Source: Candidatus Limiplasma sp.
Lineage (GTDB): Bacteria; Bacteroidota; Bacteroidia; Bacteroidales; F082
Length of the DNA stretch: 33,331 nucleotides
Direction: 5' to 3'
NCBI GenBank assembly: GCA_036759285.1
Contig: DAIOUZ010000005.1
Location: forward strand, 1 to 33,331
Part shown: positions 33,220 to 33,331 of the stretch, piece after piece
Position numbering within the stretch: the first letter of the stretch is position 1
Layout: every line of letters begins with the position of its first letter
Notes under the pieces: generated by a model
Databases searched by the model: none
What the model was told of the DNA's origin: nothing
Seen by the model: the letters and a program-made list of their open reading frames with translations, nothing else
Made by a program: the position numbers and the translations under genes

Positions 33220-33331
33220 CACCAACTCAACACAGCATCGTTGAAGGCGCTTTCCTCGCAGGATTCGAGCCGAGCAGCGAAAAAGGAATGGAGCCTACCA
33301 TCTACGGAAACGACTTGTCATATACCTGCGC
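33216..33331 (+). CDS. Hypothetical protein, 5' part (runs off the right edge)
   Basis: The ATG at 33216 is ATGA-coupled to the previous stop. It reads MTPTQHSIVEGAFLAGFEPSSEKGMEPTIYGNDLSYTC... Confidence 0.4.
   Translation, partial: MTPTQHSIVEGAFLAGFEPSSEKGMEPTIYGNDLSYTC

Larger units (their letters stand above)
1..33331. mobile_element. Temperate siphovirus-like phage genome segment (Bacteroidota-type host), attP-intact gene order
   Basis: Contiguous replication, lysogeny, integrase, lysis, tail and head modules. The integrase is flanked on both sides by phage genes. Bacteroidetes-type TAnnTTTG boxes occur in most intergenic regions. Confidence 0.8.

Noticed and set aside
1-33331. Stop-codon reassignment with the two odd tRNA-like genes acting as suppressors.
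   Set aside because: All large genes (1567, 1157, 990, 561 and 445 aa) are open in the standard code with no in-frame TAG, TGA or TAA. Neither tRNA-like element has an identifiable anticodon loop.
1-33331. CRISPR arrays, IS/transposase genes, or a second VR elsewhere in the window.
   Set aside because: I saw no regularly spaced direct repeats. No transposase-like ORFs are present. No other segment resembles the TR, and the C-termini of the 990-aa and other tail proteins do not match.

Overview
This window is about 33 kb of a temperate siphovirus-like phage. The host looks like Bacteroidota/Bacteroidales, judging from TAnnTTTG promoter boxes, the integrase type and OmpA/HTH protein styles. 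Gene order is the non-integrated form: the integrase and an attP-like spacer lie between the lysis and lysogeny modules. Layout by coordinate:
- 1-7188 (minus): early replication/recombination operon. It holds a VRR-NUC nuclease, DnaC-like loader, replication organizer, RecB-like nuclease, Sak4-like ATPase, a tRNA-like gene, an OmpA-family moron, an excisionase-like HTH protein and several small ORFs.
- 7189-7318: AT-rich switch region.
- 7319-9312 (plus): lysogeny module with three XRE-type HTH proteins and an AT-rich lone HsdR_N-type nuclease.
- 9415-10584: tyrosine integrase.
- 10585-10959: attP-like region.
- 10960-12549: u-spanin, GH108 endolysin and holin.
- 12614-32286 (minus): late operon. 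It runs scaffold, decoration, major capsid, connectors, tail tube, a second tRNA-like gene, G/GT chaperone with a -1 slippery site, tape measure, Dit-like protein, a 1157-aa tail protein, and a Tal-like 990-aa protein.
- 32527-33331 (plus): small genes of unknown function.

The standout is a complete diversity-generating retroelement (DGR). TR is 17123-17232, VR is 17421-17530 at the C-terminus of the 1157-aa protein, and the reverse transcriptase is 15635-16972. All 9 TR/VR mismatches fall on TR adenines. The cassette looks non-canonical: no Avd-like gene, RT motif 4 reads IGxxxSP, the RT has a C-terminal extension, and phased TTGCA repeats sit next to VR.

All calls come from reading the sequence and recalling family motifs. 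No database searches were run.
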